Shown: positions 40,274-50,218, numbered from the stretch's first letter. The stretch: 64,000 bases of DNA from an uncultured Chthonomonadaceae bacterium (GCA_963835065.1 CAWIEK010000051.1:32001-96000), one strand, 5' to 3'. Made by a program: numbers and translations. Notes: generated by a model not told the origin, from the sequence alone.

Positions 40274-41266
40274 ATGCAAACCGGCCCTTCCCCTCAAGAC
40301 ACAACGCAAATAAACCAACACGCAGCCACGCAAGGAACAATCACGCAAGACCTGACTCACGGCACAATGCAAGGGACAACACAAGGGGAAATGAAAGGCG
40401 CAATGCGGCAGGCAAAACCGGGCGCAGCGAAATGGACATTACAGCGGAAAATCGGGCGCGGCCTGCTGTATGTCGCGTTGAGCGTCCTGGCGCTTGTCTT
40501 CATCTTCCCGTTCTACTGGCTGCTGACCTCGGCCTTCAAAACGCAGGCGCAGATTTTCACCGTTCCGCCCCAATGGCTGCCCCTGCCGATCACCGGGCAA
40601 AACTTTGTGGATTTGTACCGGGAAACAAACCTGCCCCGCGCCTTCCTCAACTCGGTCATTATTTCGGGCGGGCATGTCGGCCTGTCGTTGTTTTTGTGTT
40701 CGCTGGCGGGGTATGCGTTTGCCAAGTTTCCGCAGGCTCCGGGACATGGCAAATTGTTCGCCTTTGTGCTGGCGACCATGATGATACCGGGCGCGGTGAC
40801 GCTGATCCCCACATTCCTCATCCTCGTCAACCTGCACTGGATCAATACCTACTGGGCTATGATTATTCCGGGCGCGGCGGGCGCGTTCGGCATCTTCTGG
40901 ATGCGGCAGTACATGAGCGCCAATGTGCCTGACGATCTGGTTCATGCCGCCCGGATTGACGGCTGTACGGAGTTCGGCATTTATTACCGCATTGCCCTCC
41001 CGATTGCCAAACCCGCACTGGCCGCGTTGGGCATTATGCAGTTAATCGGTTCGTGGAACAACCTGATGTGGGCGTTTATCGCGCTGCGCACACAGGATAT
41101 GCTCACGCTCCCCGTCGTCATCTATCTGCTGCAAGGCGAGATACGAACCCCCTACGGCATGTTGATGGCGGGCGGCCTGCTGACAACCCTGCCCCTCGTA
41201 CTCGCGTTCCTCTTCTTCCAAAAACACTTCATTTCCGGCATTACGGCAGGAGCGATCAAGCAGTAG
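40274..41266 (+). CDS. Carbohydrate ABC transporter permease
   Basis: AGYAFAK, AARIDG, QKHFISGITAGAIK; T/Q/G-rich N-terminal extension. Confidence 0.95.
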   Translation: MQTGPSPQDTTQINQHAATQGTITQDLTHGTMQGTTQGEMKGAMRQAKPGAAKWTLQRKIGRGLLYVALSVLALVFIFPFYWLLTSAFKTQAQIFTVPPQWLPLPITGQNFVDLYRETNLPRAFLNSVIISGGHVGLSLFLCSLAGYAFAKFPQAPGHGKLFAFVLATMMIPGAVTLIPTFLILVNLHWINTYWAMIIPGAAGAFGIFWMRQYMSANVPDDLVHAARIDGCTEFGIYYRIALPIAKPALAALGIMQLIGSWNNLMWAFIALRTQDMLTLPVVIYLLQGEIRTPYGMLMAGGLLTTLPLVLAFLFFQKHFISGITAGAIKQ

Positions 41267-41373
41267 GGCCGGCTTATAAAAAGCCGGTTATTAGGCCTGC
41301 GGCCAATCGTCCTGCGGACGAAGAACTGCCGGCGTATTTACGCTGGAGTGTAATCGCGCTGATGCTATTCAAT

Positions 41374-43282
41374 TCAGGCAGTTTGCGGATTTGTCAAAGC
41401 AGTACCCAAATGGGAAGATACTCGACGGCGCGGCAGGGCAATGGCGCTTGTGGCCGCGCCGATTCCCATGACAAGGCACAGGGGCATAATCAGCAGCCAG
41501 CCGACATAAGGAATCAGGCAGGACAGGGACGCCAGCAGGCTTCCCCCAAGCAGTCTGCCAAGCGTTTCGGCCTTGCCGGTTTTTTGCCATAGTTTTCGCG
41601 CAGTCCAACGCGCCCAACTGCCCGCCCCTGCCGCGCCCATTCCGCACAAACTTAACAGCAGAATTGCGCCCATTGCCTGCGCGATGGGATGGAAGGAGAA
41701 AATCAAGCCGGATATTGCGCAAGGTATAAGGATGCAAACCAACAGCCCGCGCCCGAAGCAACGCCCGGTTTGGGTGGCAAGCGCATCCGCTCCGCGCTGT
41801 GTCGCCGCAGGGAGAAGCAATGCCAACATTCCGGGAAGCAGCAGCAAAAATCCCAACGCGAACACGCCCTTCGCCAGCAACGCGCCTGGACGCGCGATTC
41901 CCTCCATAAACAACCCGGCCACGCCATCAACGCTCTTTTCCAGTATTGCCGCGCCCAATGTGGAGCGCTTTTCGCGGTGATGGGCGGGCGGGCGTACCGA
42001 GGCCGCGCCCAGATGCCCCAGATTGGCGATCCACAAAATGCCGTTGTCAATGTCACTGCTGACGTAAACATTAATCAGAACGCCCGCCATTTCATTGACG
42101 TAATCTTCGCCGTTCGTCACCCGCTTGGGCGGATGGTTCGGGTTGGCGGGATTGTCGGCGGAATTGTCGTGCGTCCATTCGCCGTGCAGAATGGTTCCTT
42201 TGGGCAGGCGGTAGCGCTCCTTAACATGGTACGTAGACTGCCAGTTGAAATCCCAATCGTTGATCTTGATAATCGGTTTGGTGGAATGGTCCGGCAGTTC
42301 GGCCCACAATTTGCAGGTTTTGCCGATGAGGTGCATGTGTTCGTAGATGCTTTCCACTTCGACATCTACGGGGAGGGTATACGTGGTTTCCTCCAGATGG
42401 TCTTTTTCTCCCGGCGCAATGTCCAAGTTCAAAACGCCCATTGAGATCAGCGACCCGATTTTCACGGGGGGCTTGTCGGTGAAGTACAGCCCGACCAACG
42501 TTTGATCCGTTTCTTCCCTGCCGTCGGGGTGGTAGTGCATCCCGAACACGAGGTCAATGTCTTTGGGCAGGACGGCGGACGCATCTGTGGGCAGAACTTC
42601 CGCGCCCATTCCCGGCACATACCCCGGCAGCCCGCCGAACGGCAAAAATCCCGGCCCGCCAAAACTGACATAGCCACTCCCCGGCCCGCCCTGCTGCGCT
42701 TCCAACTGCTTCGCCTTGCCGCTTTTGTCCATCATCAGGGTGACATGGTGAACGATGCGCCGATTGCCGGGGCGGATTTCCGTAGCGCGAACGTACTTGT
42801 CGGCAGGCAGATGCAGGGAAACCACAAAACTCCGCGTCACGTCCTTGCCTTCGGCGGGAACGGTATACGGTTTGGGCATCTTGAGGATCATGTCGGGCTT
42901 GCCCAACTGCCAGCCGTCCGGGAATTGCGGCGCGGGCGGCAGGTCGGACGGATTGCCTTCGGGCGCTCCACTTCGCGGCCCACTGCTGTATCAGCGTCCT
43001 TTGCTTGTCCGTCAGCCGCCGCTCGTGCTGAAACTCGCCGTAGCCGGCTTCCAGTTTCCAGGGCGGCATCAGGCGCTTTTCGGTGACAATGGCAATTTGT
43101 TTTGCCCGTTTTGCCGCGTCGCGGTACGTCAGCAGGGAAAAAGGAGCCACTTCGTCAGGCCGGTGACAATTGGAGCAGTTATTGAAGAGAATGGGCGCAA
43201 TGTCTTTGCTGAACGTAGGCGTGTCGGCGCGCGCCGGTATTGCCTGCGCGATCATCCCGGCCAACACGAGCGGAAGCAACAT
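41374..43282 (-). pseudogene. Heme-c motif + copper type II monooxygenase-like protein fused to a C-terminal membrane domain; one frameshift
   Basis: CSNCH; VHH; MHYH; HMH; NEM motifs. One extra base near 42970 (should read WAAxGAPEG). Four TM-like segments at the C-terminus. Confidence 0.75.
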
Positions 43283-43388
43283 GCGCCCACCGGTCAATGC
43301 CGTTTGTTTATTCGCGCTCGGAGTGGTGGCGCAACGCGAAGCGTCCGTGCAATAACATTTTAATCTTTTTGCGCGGCTATGGTAACGA

Positions 43389-43406
43389 AGTCCGCCTGCG
43401 CGGACT
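43389..43406. repeat. REP-like palindrome
   Basis: AGTCCGC-ctgc-GCGGACT. Confidence 0.5.
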
Positions 43407-43461
43407 GACTGGCGGAACCGCGTAATGATTTCGCAGGTTTGCGTTGCGACGGCAATGAGAT

Positions 43462-44940
43462 TCATGGCTGTGTTCCCGTGGGCGGCTGTGTTCCTGTGGG
43501 CGGCTGCGCGTCCTTCTTCTTTTGTGACGCTTTGCGCAGGGCTTCCATGATTTGGCGCATACCCTCAGCGCTGCTGTTGCCCGCGCGTTCCGAGTCTACG
43601 GTGAAGCCGAGGTAGCACAGGCACATTTCATCCGTCGTTTGTTCGCCCCATTTCACGTCTTTGGGAGGGTTGCTCGGATTGCGCGGGTTGCCTGTTGAGT
43701 TGTCGTAATGGGCGCTGAGATGGATTTGCGTTCCGGCGGGCAGTTTGAGCGGCTGCTTGTAATAATAAAAGCCCTGCCAGTTGAAGTCCCAATCCGGCAC
43801 GTTGACCAGGGTTTTGGCCGTGCCGTCGGGCAGCGTGGCCGTGACCGTCATGGTTCGGCCCAACAGGTGCATGTGTGGAAATATGTCAATCAAGGTAGCG
43901 TCAATGGGTATTTTACCGCCGGGCAGGTCCTGATGTTCCTCGTGATTGCTTTCGCCCGCCGGCACATACATCCTCGTTTGGGCTAAGGGGAGAATATGAA
44001 ACGGATGCTCCACTTTCCCTTTGTTGAAGTACACGGCGACCTGTGAGCGATCTGTTTCCGCTTTGCCGTCCCGGTGATAATGTACTTCCAGCACGATGTC
44101 CGCGCCCTTCGGCAGCAGAATCCCTGTATCGGCCGGAAGGTGGTGCGGGGTGGCTCCGGGCGCCCATCCGCCCAACATGCCTGCCGGGAGGAACCCGACG
44201 CCGCCGAACGTGGTATACCCCGGCCCCAGGTCGGCGTCTTTGGAATTCGCGTTCAGTCTCCGCGCTGTGCCGCTCGTATCCACATAGGCCAGAATGTGAT
44301 GCACGACGGCGCGGTTGCCGGGATGCACGTCAATGGCCGACACCCAGCGGTCTTCGGTAAAGTTGGTGGGAACCACGTAGCAACGGTACACGTCGCGCCC
44401 TTCCGCGCCCACTTTGTATTCCGCCGAAGGCTGCGCGAGCATATCGGGAGCGCCCAACGTCCAGCCGTCCTTGAATTTCGGGGCGGGCGGCAGGTCGGCG
44501 GGGTTGCCTTCTTTTGCGCCCTGATCCACCCACGTTTTAATGAGAGCAATCTGCGCGTCCGTCAAATGCCGCTCGTCCTGAAACTCGCCATGCGAGTCCG
44601 TCTTCCAGGGCGGCATAGCGTGGCTTGCCGTGACCAGCGCGATCTGGCGGGCACGTTTTTGCGCATCTTTGTAAGCCGACAGCGTGAAGGGAGCCACTTC
44701 ACCCGGACGATGACAAACGGTGCAGTTCTGGTACACAATCGGCGCAATATCGCGGGTAAACGTCAAAGCGCGTCCCAACGCTGCGCTGCCGTCTTTGTGT
44801 TTTACATCTTTGCGCGTTACGGGCATGGATTTACCGGGCGTATCCGCGTGGGCGGCATAGTGACCTGTCGCCCCTCCCGTCAGGGCAACAGCGGTTAATG
44901 CAAGCGGCATCAGCAGCCACAATTTTGTCGTCCGAGGCAT
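43462..44940 (-). CDS. Secreted heme-c motif + copper type II ascorbate-dependent monooxygenase-like protein
   Basis: Signal peptide; CTVCH; MPPW; VVHH; VHYH; PHMHLLG; WDFNWQ; DEMC. Confidence 0.85.
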   Translation of the reverse strand: MPRTTKLWLLMPLALTAVALTGGATGHYAAHADTPGKSMPVTRKDVKHKDGSAALGRALTFTRDIAPIVYQNCTVCHRPGEVAPFTLSAYKDAQKRARQIALVTASHAMPPWKTDSHGEFQDERHLTDAQIALIKTWVDQGAKEGNPADLPPAPKFKDGWTLGAPDMLAQPSAEYKVGAEGRDVYRCYVVPTNFTEDRWVSAIDVHPGNRAVVHHILAYVDTSGTARRLNANSKDADLGPGYTTFGGVGFLPAGMLGGWAPGATPHHLPADTGILLPKGADIVLEVHYHRDGKAETDRSQVAVYFNKGKVEHPFHILPLAQTRMYVPAGESNHEEHQDLPGGKIPIDATLIDIFPHMHLLGRTMTVTATLPDGTAKTLVNVPDWDFNWQGFYYYKQPLKLPAGTQIHLSAHYDNSTGNPRNPSNPPKDVKWGEQTTDEMCLCYLGFTVDSERAGNSSAEGMRQIMEALRKASQKKKDAQPPTGTQPPTGTQP

Positions 44941-44981
44941 CACGCGGAACTCCTTGAAAGCAAGCAAACAAAAATGGACAA

Positions 44982-44997
44982 GTAAGTAAACACTTAC
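44982..44997. promoter_or_regulatory. Putative TetR operator
   Basis: Palindrome GTAAGT-AAAC-ACTTAC just downstream of a minus-strand TG-n-TACAAT -10 element. Confidence 0.6.
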
Positions 44998-45065
44998 CAC
45001 ATACCTATTGTAACATGAGATTCGCCCAAAGTACACATCTTCCCATTATTTTTTCGGAATTTTGT

Positions 45066-45671
45066 TCAGGAATTTTGCGGCTGAATCCCCGGCAACACCA
45101 CTTGCAGCAGGTTTGCCACGTACTGTGAACGCGCGGATTCCCATTCCATCGGCTCATCGCTCAAGATTCGCTGCAAAAAACCACTGGTAGACGTGGAAAT
45201 AATATCCGTCGCCGCAGCCGCAATGCCGGGTTTCAACTCGCCCCGGTCGCTGCTTTCCTGCAACATGGCATACAGGTAAAGCCCCTGCTTGCCGAACTCC
45301 GCCCACAGGTTTTCATACACGGCCTGATCACGCTTGGGCGTGGTAAAAACCATACGCATAAACGCGCGGTTGTCCCAAAACGCATCCAGATACTGCGTGA
45401 TGAACCGTTCCAGCATAGCCTGAACAGGCAGCGAACGCGCTTCTACGGGCAGGGGCAGAAACACGCGCTCCGGCCCGAATTCCACCACAACGGCGCGAAG
45501 TAATTCCTGCTTGGCGCGAAAATGCTTAAACAACAGGGCTTCCGTCACGCCCGAACGCTGCGCAATGGCTTTGGTAGTCGTGCCGTCATAGCCCTGCGTG
45601 GAAAACAGGTCAAGCGCGGCCTGCATCAACGAAAGCCGCCGATCAGCGCCTGTCTGTCGCAATGTCTTCAT
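45066..45671 (-). CDS. TetR/AcrR-family regulator
   Basis: AALDLFSTQGYDGTTTKAIAQRSGVTEALLFKHFRAKQEL. Confidence 0.95.
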   Translation of the reverse strand: MKTLRQTGADRRLSLMQAALDLFSTQGYDGTTTKAIAQRSGVTEALLFKHFRAKQELLRAVVVEFGPERVFLPLPVEARSLPVQAMLERFITQYLDAFWDNRAFMRMVFTTPKRDQAVYENLWAEFGKQGLYLYAMLQESSDRGELKPGIAAAATDIISTSTSGFLQRILSDEPMEWESARSQYVANLLQVVLPGIQPQNS

Positions 45672-45742
45672 GCCTTTCTAAATGACAAGGCAAGGAACTC
45701 CTCGCGCAGCGTGGTTTGGCCCTGTCATTGTGCTTCTCTACG

Positions 45743-45952
45743 TTACTTTTCCGTGCTAACAGCGTCTACGGATTTGATGCCCTTCGCTCGTTTGTAGTTG
45801 TCTATCGCCCTTTGCCACTCAGGACTAATCTCCTCCGTAGCATTTTCAAATTGGTCGGTAAACCGGCGGATGAGTTCACGCCGACGCTTTGCCTGACGCT
45901 TCCTTGTCTCAGCAAGAGCAGCAATATCGTCTGGTTTAACTTCTACTTCCAT
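45743..45952 (-). CDS. Small hypothetical protein
   Basis: GGAAGGA RBS, and a TTGACA-16-TATACT promoter at 45988-46015. Confidence 0.55.
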   Translation of the reverse strand: MEVEVKPDDIAALAETRKRQAKRRRELIRRFTDQFENATEEISPEWQRAIDNYKRAKGIKSVDAVSTEK

Positions 45953-46077
45953 TATTCCTTCCTAAAAATATATAATCGCAATAGTTTAGTATAGCAGAAG
46001 CCATCCAATTGTCAAGGGGTATGCAGAAGAATCTTGCTGTATGGCTCTATTACCGCTGACGCGCTTGATTGAAATGT

Positions 46078-47037
46078 TCAGACATGAATATCTGCGAGCC
46101 ATTGCGCCACTGTGATCGTTTCTTGCCAGCCGTCTTCCCCATCCTCCACGCCCCACCAGGCGGAAAGCACAGCCTGCGCGACGCCCCACCCGCGCACCCG
46201 CGCCCGCTCTAATTCCAGTTCCTCCGCCAGTTGATGTACGCGCCGTTCCAACATCTGCTGCGGGCTGTGAATTGTATGGCGGTTCGGCCAGAGATTTCGC
46301 AGGAGCGCTCCCACCTCATACGCCGGTTCGCCCACAAGCCCTTTGGGATCAATCGCCACCCACATTCCGTTTGCCGCTTCTTGTTTCGTTGCGGATTCTG
46401 TTTTTAGAATGTTGTCGTGGTGCAAATCGCCATGCAGCAGTACGGGAAGCGCGGATGACGCCAGCAATTCGGCAAACAGCGTTTCCGCTTCTTCCACAAG
46501 TTTTGTTGGAAACGGCCCGGTTCCACCGTCAAAATGCTGCCGCAATCGTATCATGCCCCGCGCCCAATCCTGAACCGTCGGAAATGCGTGTTCGGACGGA
46601 GTAGGCCGCCACAAACGACGCATCACCCCGGCGGCAATCGAAGTCGCCTGCGCGTCCTGCGCTTCATTCGCCAATGTTGTCAGGGGCGTACCCGGCCCAA
46701 GTCGCTCCAGCAGCATCGCGCCCAACCCGCTGTCCGCTTCCAATAATCGGACACTGCCTCTGCCATCGTAAACGCGCAGCGCTTCCATTTCCGACCACAG
46801 TTCTTTATGAGGAACCCCGATCTTCAACACCGCGTCCGCGCCGTCCGCTCTTCTGACAGGCGTGACATAGTTGTACGACAGGTTCGGAAACGGCGGCAAA
46901 ATCGTCAGCGCCCATCGCTCCGCGCACTCGTCCAGCAATGTAGGCAGCATTGCCAACCACGCGCTTCCCTTCTCGCTAAAAACTCCTTCAATCGTCCGCG
47001 TGAACGATAATGGCAAGTTCAGCGCTTCTCGTGTCAT
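46078..47037 (-). CDS. Aminoglycoside/hydroxyurea kinase family protein (APH(6)-like)
   Basis: AVLKIG, MLLERL, LLHGDLHHDNIL, AIDPKGLVGE. Confidence 0.9.
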   Translation of the reverse strand: MTREALNLPLSFTRTIEGVFSEKGSAWLAMLPTLLDECAERWALTILPPFPNLSYNYVTPVRRADGADAVLKIGVPHKELWSEMEALRVYDGRGSVRLLEADSGLGAMLLERLGPGTPLTTLANEAQDAQATSIAAGVMRRLWRPTPSEHAFPTVQDWARGMIRLRQHFDGGTGPFPTKLVEEAETLFAELLASSALPVLLHGDLHHDNILKTESATKQEAANGMWVAIDPKGLVGEPAYEVGALLRNLWPNRHTIHSPQQMLERRVHQLAEELELERARVRGWGVAQAVLSAWWGVEDGEDGWQETITVAQWLADIHV

Positions 47038-47120
47038 TCACACCACTTCCTTTTTGTATCCTTTGCTTTCATTCGCCAATGTAACCGACAGACATCGTAA
47101 TGCGGTGCAGCCATCAGACT

Positions 47121-47148
47121 ATTCACGTTCATTCGCGTTCATTCGCGG
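47121..47148. repeat. Tandem 10-mer ATTCGCGTTC
   Basis: attcacgttc attcgcgttc attcgcgg. Confidence 0.6.
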
Positions 47149-47160
47149 CTATTCTCTTTA

Positions 47161-48162
47161 CTAATTTCCCGAAACGGTATCCACCCGCGCGAACAACTGT
47201 TTCAGCCGTTCCGTCGTGGCCGGGGAAAGCGGCGGCAGGTTCAGCGCCATCGCGTTCGCTTTGAGATGCTCCACGTTTCCCGTTCCCGACAGCACCACGT
47301 CTATGCCCGGTTCCCACCGGCAAAACCGATACGCGGCTTCCGGGATGCTTTCCGCTTCGCCGTCTTCCAGCAGAAAACCAAGCGGATTGTCACTGCTTGC
47401 GTCTGTGTCCGAATCAGCGTCGGAGTCAGCATTTGAATTAGCAGCCGTTTGTGGCGGCAGTTGAGAAGCGTCCACAAGGTGCTGTTCGACCAGTTCGCGC
47501 AGCAGTTCGCGCAGGGCGTCCGGCTGACTGAGGGCGCGTCGCACGGCGAACATGCACAGCGTCCCGACGTTCTGCGCCTGCGTGATCGCCAGCACCCGGC
47601 TGCGCGCCGATTGGTTGAGCAGGTTGAAGCCCACCATGACCACATCCCAGCAGTCGTCTTCCAATGCCCGCGACAGCATCCGATGCCCGGTATCGGAAAT
47701 AAACGCCTCCGTAATCCCGATATAGCGAATTTTGCCTGCCGCCTTCAAATCCTGCAGCGCGGGCAGCAGTTCCTGCGAAGCGTACAAATAGTCCTCGCGG
47801 GACACGCCGTGCAAATGAAACACGTCTACATACTCCGTCCGCAAGCGCTGTAAACTCGCGTGAACGCGCTTGATTATTTCCGGCCCGGTCGCCTTGCGCC
47901 CCTGCCACCCGACGCCCGCTTTCGTGGAAACAATCACCTGTTCGCGGGGCGTATCCACCAGCGCGCGCCCCACAACATCTTCCGTTCCATACGACTCCGC
48001 CGTATCTATGAAGTTGATACCAAGCGCCAATGCTTCCCGCACCACCCGCTCGGCTTCCTCAAACGTGCCGCCCGTTGCCAGTCCCAGGCGGCTGTGTCCG
48101 CCGCATCCCAATCCCATCCGGCTGACGCGCAAGCCCGCGCGTCCCAGCGTCGCATACTCCAT
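47161..48162 (-). CDS. Aldo/keto reductase
   Basis: FIDTAESYG, STK, SLQRLRTEYVD, GKIRYIG. Confidence 0.92.
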   Translation of the reverse strand: MEYATLGRAGLRVSRMGLGCGGHSRLGLATGGTFEEAERVVREALALGINFIDTAESYGTEDVVGRALVDTPREQVIVSTKAGVGWQGRKATGPEIIKRVHASLQRLRTEYVDVFHLHGVSREDYLYASQELLPALQDLKAAGKIRYIGITEAFISDTGHRMLSRALEDDCWDVVMVGFNLLNQSARSRVLAITQAQNVGTLCMFAVRRALSQPDALRELLRELVEQHLVDASQLPPQTAANSNADSDADSDTDASSDNPLGFLLEDGEAESIPEAAYRFCRWEPGIDVVLSGTGNVEHLKANAMALNLPPLSPATTERLKQLFARVDTVSGN

Positions 48163-48282
48163 TTCCGCTCTCCTCACAACTTATACCCGTGTACGAAACG
48201 GTTTCTACGCGCAGTTTACCCGTTGTCGTGAGTTCATGGGGCTATTTATGCAACTGCTTTGCAAAATTTACGGCGGCACGGC

Positions 48283-48311
48283 TTTACAAATGCCCGCCAC
48301 TTTGCTATACT
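48283..48311 (+). promoter_or_regulatory. Putative sigma70 promoter of the serpin gene
   Basis: TTTACA-17 nt-TATACT with extended TG. Confidence 0.55.
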
Positions 48312-48382
48312 GTGCTTGTTCCCCTTCCCCTGCTTTGCAGCCGCCTGCTTTACAGCCGCCTGCTATGACAAGGAGCCACCAC

Positions 48383-49672
48383 ATGAATAAGCCTCGTTTC
48401 CAACGTCTGCGCGCGTTTGCCGGGTGTGCCGCGCTGCTGCTTTCCCCTGCCCTCACCGGATGTGGCACAAGCAATTCTAATGATACCGCTTCGGGCGCAA
48501 ATCTGCCCCGCGCTGTCGCCGACGCCAGACAGCGCAATACGCCCGTTGACGCCACTCTCGTCAGCCGGGACAACGCCTTCGGCTTCACTCTCTTCGATAC
48601 CCTGCGCGGCAATCAAGCAAGCAGCAACGCTTTCATTTCCCCAGTCAGTTTATCCCTCGCCCTGCAAATCCTGTACAACGGCGCGAACAGCAGCACACAG
48701 CAGGCAATGGCAACCACGCTGCAATTATCCGGCCTGTCCGTTTCCGACCTTAACAACGCCAACGCCGCGCTGCAGGCCAGCCTTGTCAGCCCGGACGCGC
48801 AGGTGCAATTGACCGTCGCCAATTCCCTGTGGACGCGGGACGGCGCTGTTGTTTCCGCTTTTGTACAGGCCAATCAAACCTACTACGGGAGCAAACTCGG
48901 CAGCACAACGGGCGCTCCCGCCAATGTCAACGCCTGGGTCAACGCGCAGACACAGGGGCGCATTGCCACCATTCTGCCGGACGGCGATTACTCGCGCACC
49001 ATCGCTATCATTGCCAATGCCGTGTACTTCAAAGGCAAATGGACCGACAAGTTCGATGTTGCCAACACGCAAACGGCCACGTTTACTCTTCCTGACGGCA
49101 GCACACAATCGTGCCAACTGATGACCCGTACCGGCGGCTATGACTACTTTGCGGGCAGTAATTTCCAGATGGCGCGTCTGCCCTACGGCTCCAAACGCCT
49201 GAGCATGATCGTTCTTGTACCCAATCCAGGCATTGATTTGAACACGGTACTGGCAGGCGCAAACGCGCAAACCTGGGCAGGCTGGGTCGCGCAGCTAAAA
49301 CCTTCCAATGGAACCGTGCAGTTGCCCCGCTTCACGTCCGCTTACGCCGCCGATCTCAAATCCCCGCTCACCGCGCTTGGCATGGGCATCGCCTTCGATC
49401 CCAATGCCGCCGATTTCAGCGGACTGGCCGTTCCTTCTGTCGGCAGAGCGTACATCTCCGCCGCGTACCACAAAACCTACGTAAAGGTAGACGAAGAAGG
49501 CACGGAAGCCGCCGCCGCAACGGGCATTGTCGTTTCGGCGGGTGGGGCGTTAGCGCCGGAGTTTACCATCCGCATGGATCACCCGTTCTTTTACGCCATT
49601 CGTGACGATCAAACCGGCATCCTGCTGTTCATGGGACTGCTCGCCAACCCAAATGTGGACACCGCCGGGTAA
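48383..49672 (+). CDS. Serpin (lipoprotein)
   Basis: Lipobox LTGC; FISPVS; NAVYFKGKW; VDEEGTEAAAAT; DHPFFYAI. Confidence 0.95.
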   Translation: MNKPRFQRLRAFAGCAALLLSPALTGCGTSNSNDTASGANLPRAVADARQRNTPVDATLVSRDNAFGFTLFDTLRGNQASSNAFISPVSLSLALQILYNGANSSTQQAMATTLQLSGLSVSDLNNANAALQASLVSPDAQVQLTVANSLWTRDGAVVSAFVQANQTYYGSKLGSTTGAPANVNAWVNAQTQGRIATILPDGDYSRTIAIIANAVYFKGKWTDKFDVANTQTATFTLPDGSTQSCQLMTRTGGYDYFAGSNFQMARLPYGSKRLSMIVLVPNPGIDLNTVLAGANAQTWAGWVAQLKPSNGTVQLPRFTSAYAADLKSPLTALGMGIAFDPNAADFSGLAVPSVGRAYISAAYHKTYVKVDEEGTEAAAATGIVVSAGGALAPEFTIRMDHPFFYAIRDDQTGILLFMGLLANPNVDTAG

Positions 49673-49700
49673 ATAGTTGATAGTTGATAGTTGATAGTCA
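49673..49700. repeat. Heptamer tandem repeat (ATAGTTG)x4
   Basis: Begins immediately after the serpin stop codon; the fourth copy is imperfect. Confidence 0.8.
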
Positions 49701-49765
49701 TGTGGGAACTACAGACTTTCAGCGCCCCGCCGCTTAGACCCTGTTTAAAAGAACATGGAGCCTCC

Positions 49766-50200
49766 ATGAACCGTAATATGGCGCTGTTTGCCCGTTTCGT
49801 TGTCGCGCTGACGTGGCTTTACGAAGGCTTGTGGCTCAAACTGTACAGGCAAAGTCCTGAAGAACTGCGCGTTGTGAGCGCGGTTTTTGCGCGTTCCTCT
49901 TCCTCGTTCGCGCCGCTCAATCTGCTGCGCGGCATCGGCTGCGTGGAAGTGATGCTTGCCTTCGGCGTTTTGTCCGGGTGGAAGCCCCGGTTTCTGGCGG
50001 GCGTTCAAATCCTGCTCCTCGTAACGACAGAAAGCGTGGGAATTGCTCTGGGCAAGGGCGCGATTGCCGACCCCGCCGCTCTGATTGTTCACGCCCTGCC
50101 GTTCCTGTTTTGCATCCTCTTCCTCGGCCAATTCGACAATCCCCCCAAAGGCGCGGGCCGCAAAACTACAGCAGGCAGCAAGAAAAACACGGCTTCTTAA
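49766..50200 (+). CDS. DoxX-like membrane protein
   Basis: WLYEGLWLK, IGCVE, hydrophobic segments. Confidence 0.75.
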   Translation: MNRNMALFARFVVALTWLYEGLWLKLYRQSPEELRVVSAVFARSSSSFAPLNLLRGIGCVEVMLAFGVLSGWKPRFLAGVQILLLVTTESVGIALGKGAIADPAALIVHALPFLFCILFLGQFDNPPKGAGRKTTAGSKKNTAS

Positions 50201-50218
50201 AGCGCTTAAATAATTATA

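Noticed and set aside
46078..47037. Acquired streptomycin resistance gene
   Set aside because: The APH(6)-like family is broad, the gene is not in a mobile context, and the substrate cannot be inferred.
47870..48382. 600-aa version of the serpin ORF
   Set aside because: It overlaps the AKR gene; promoter, RBS and lipobox support a start at 48383.
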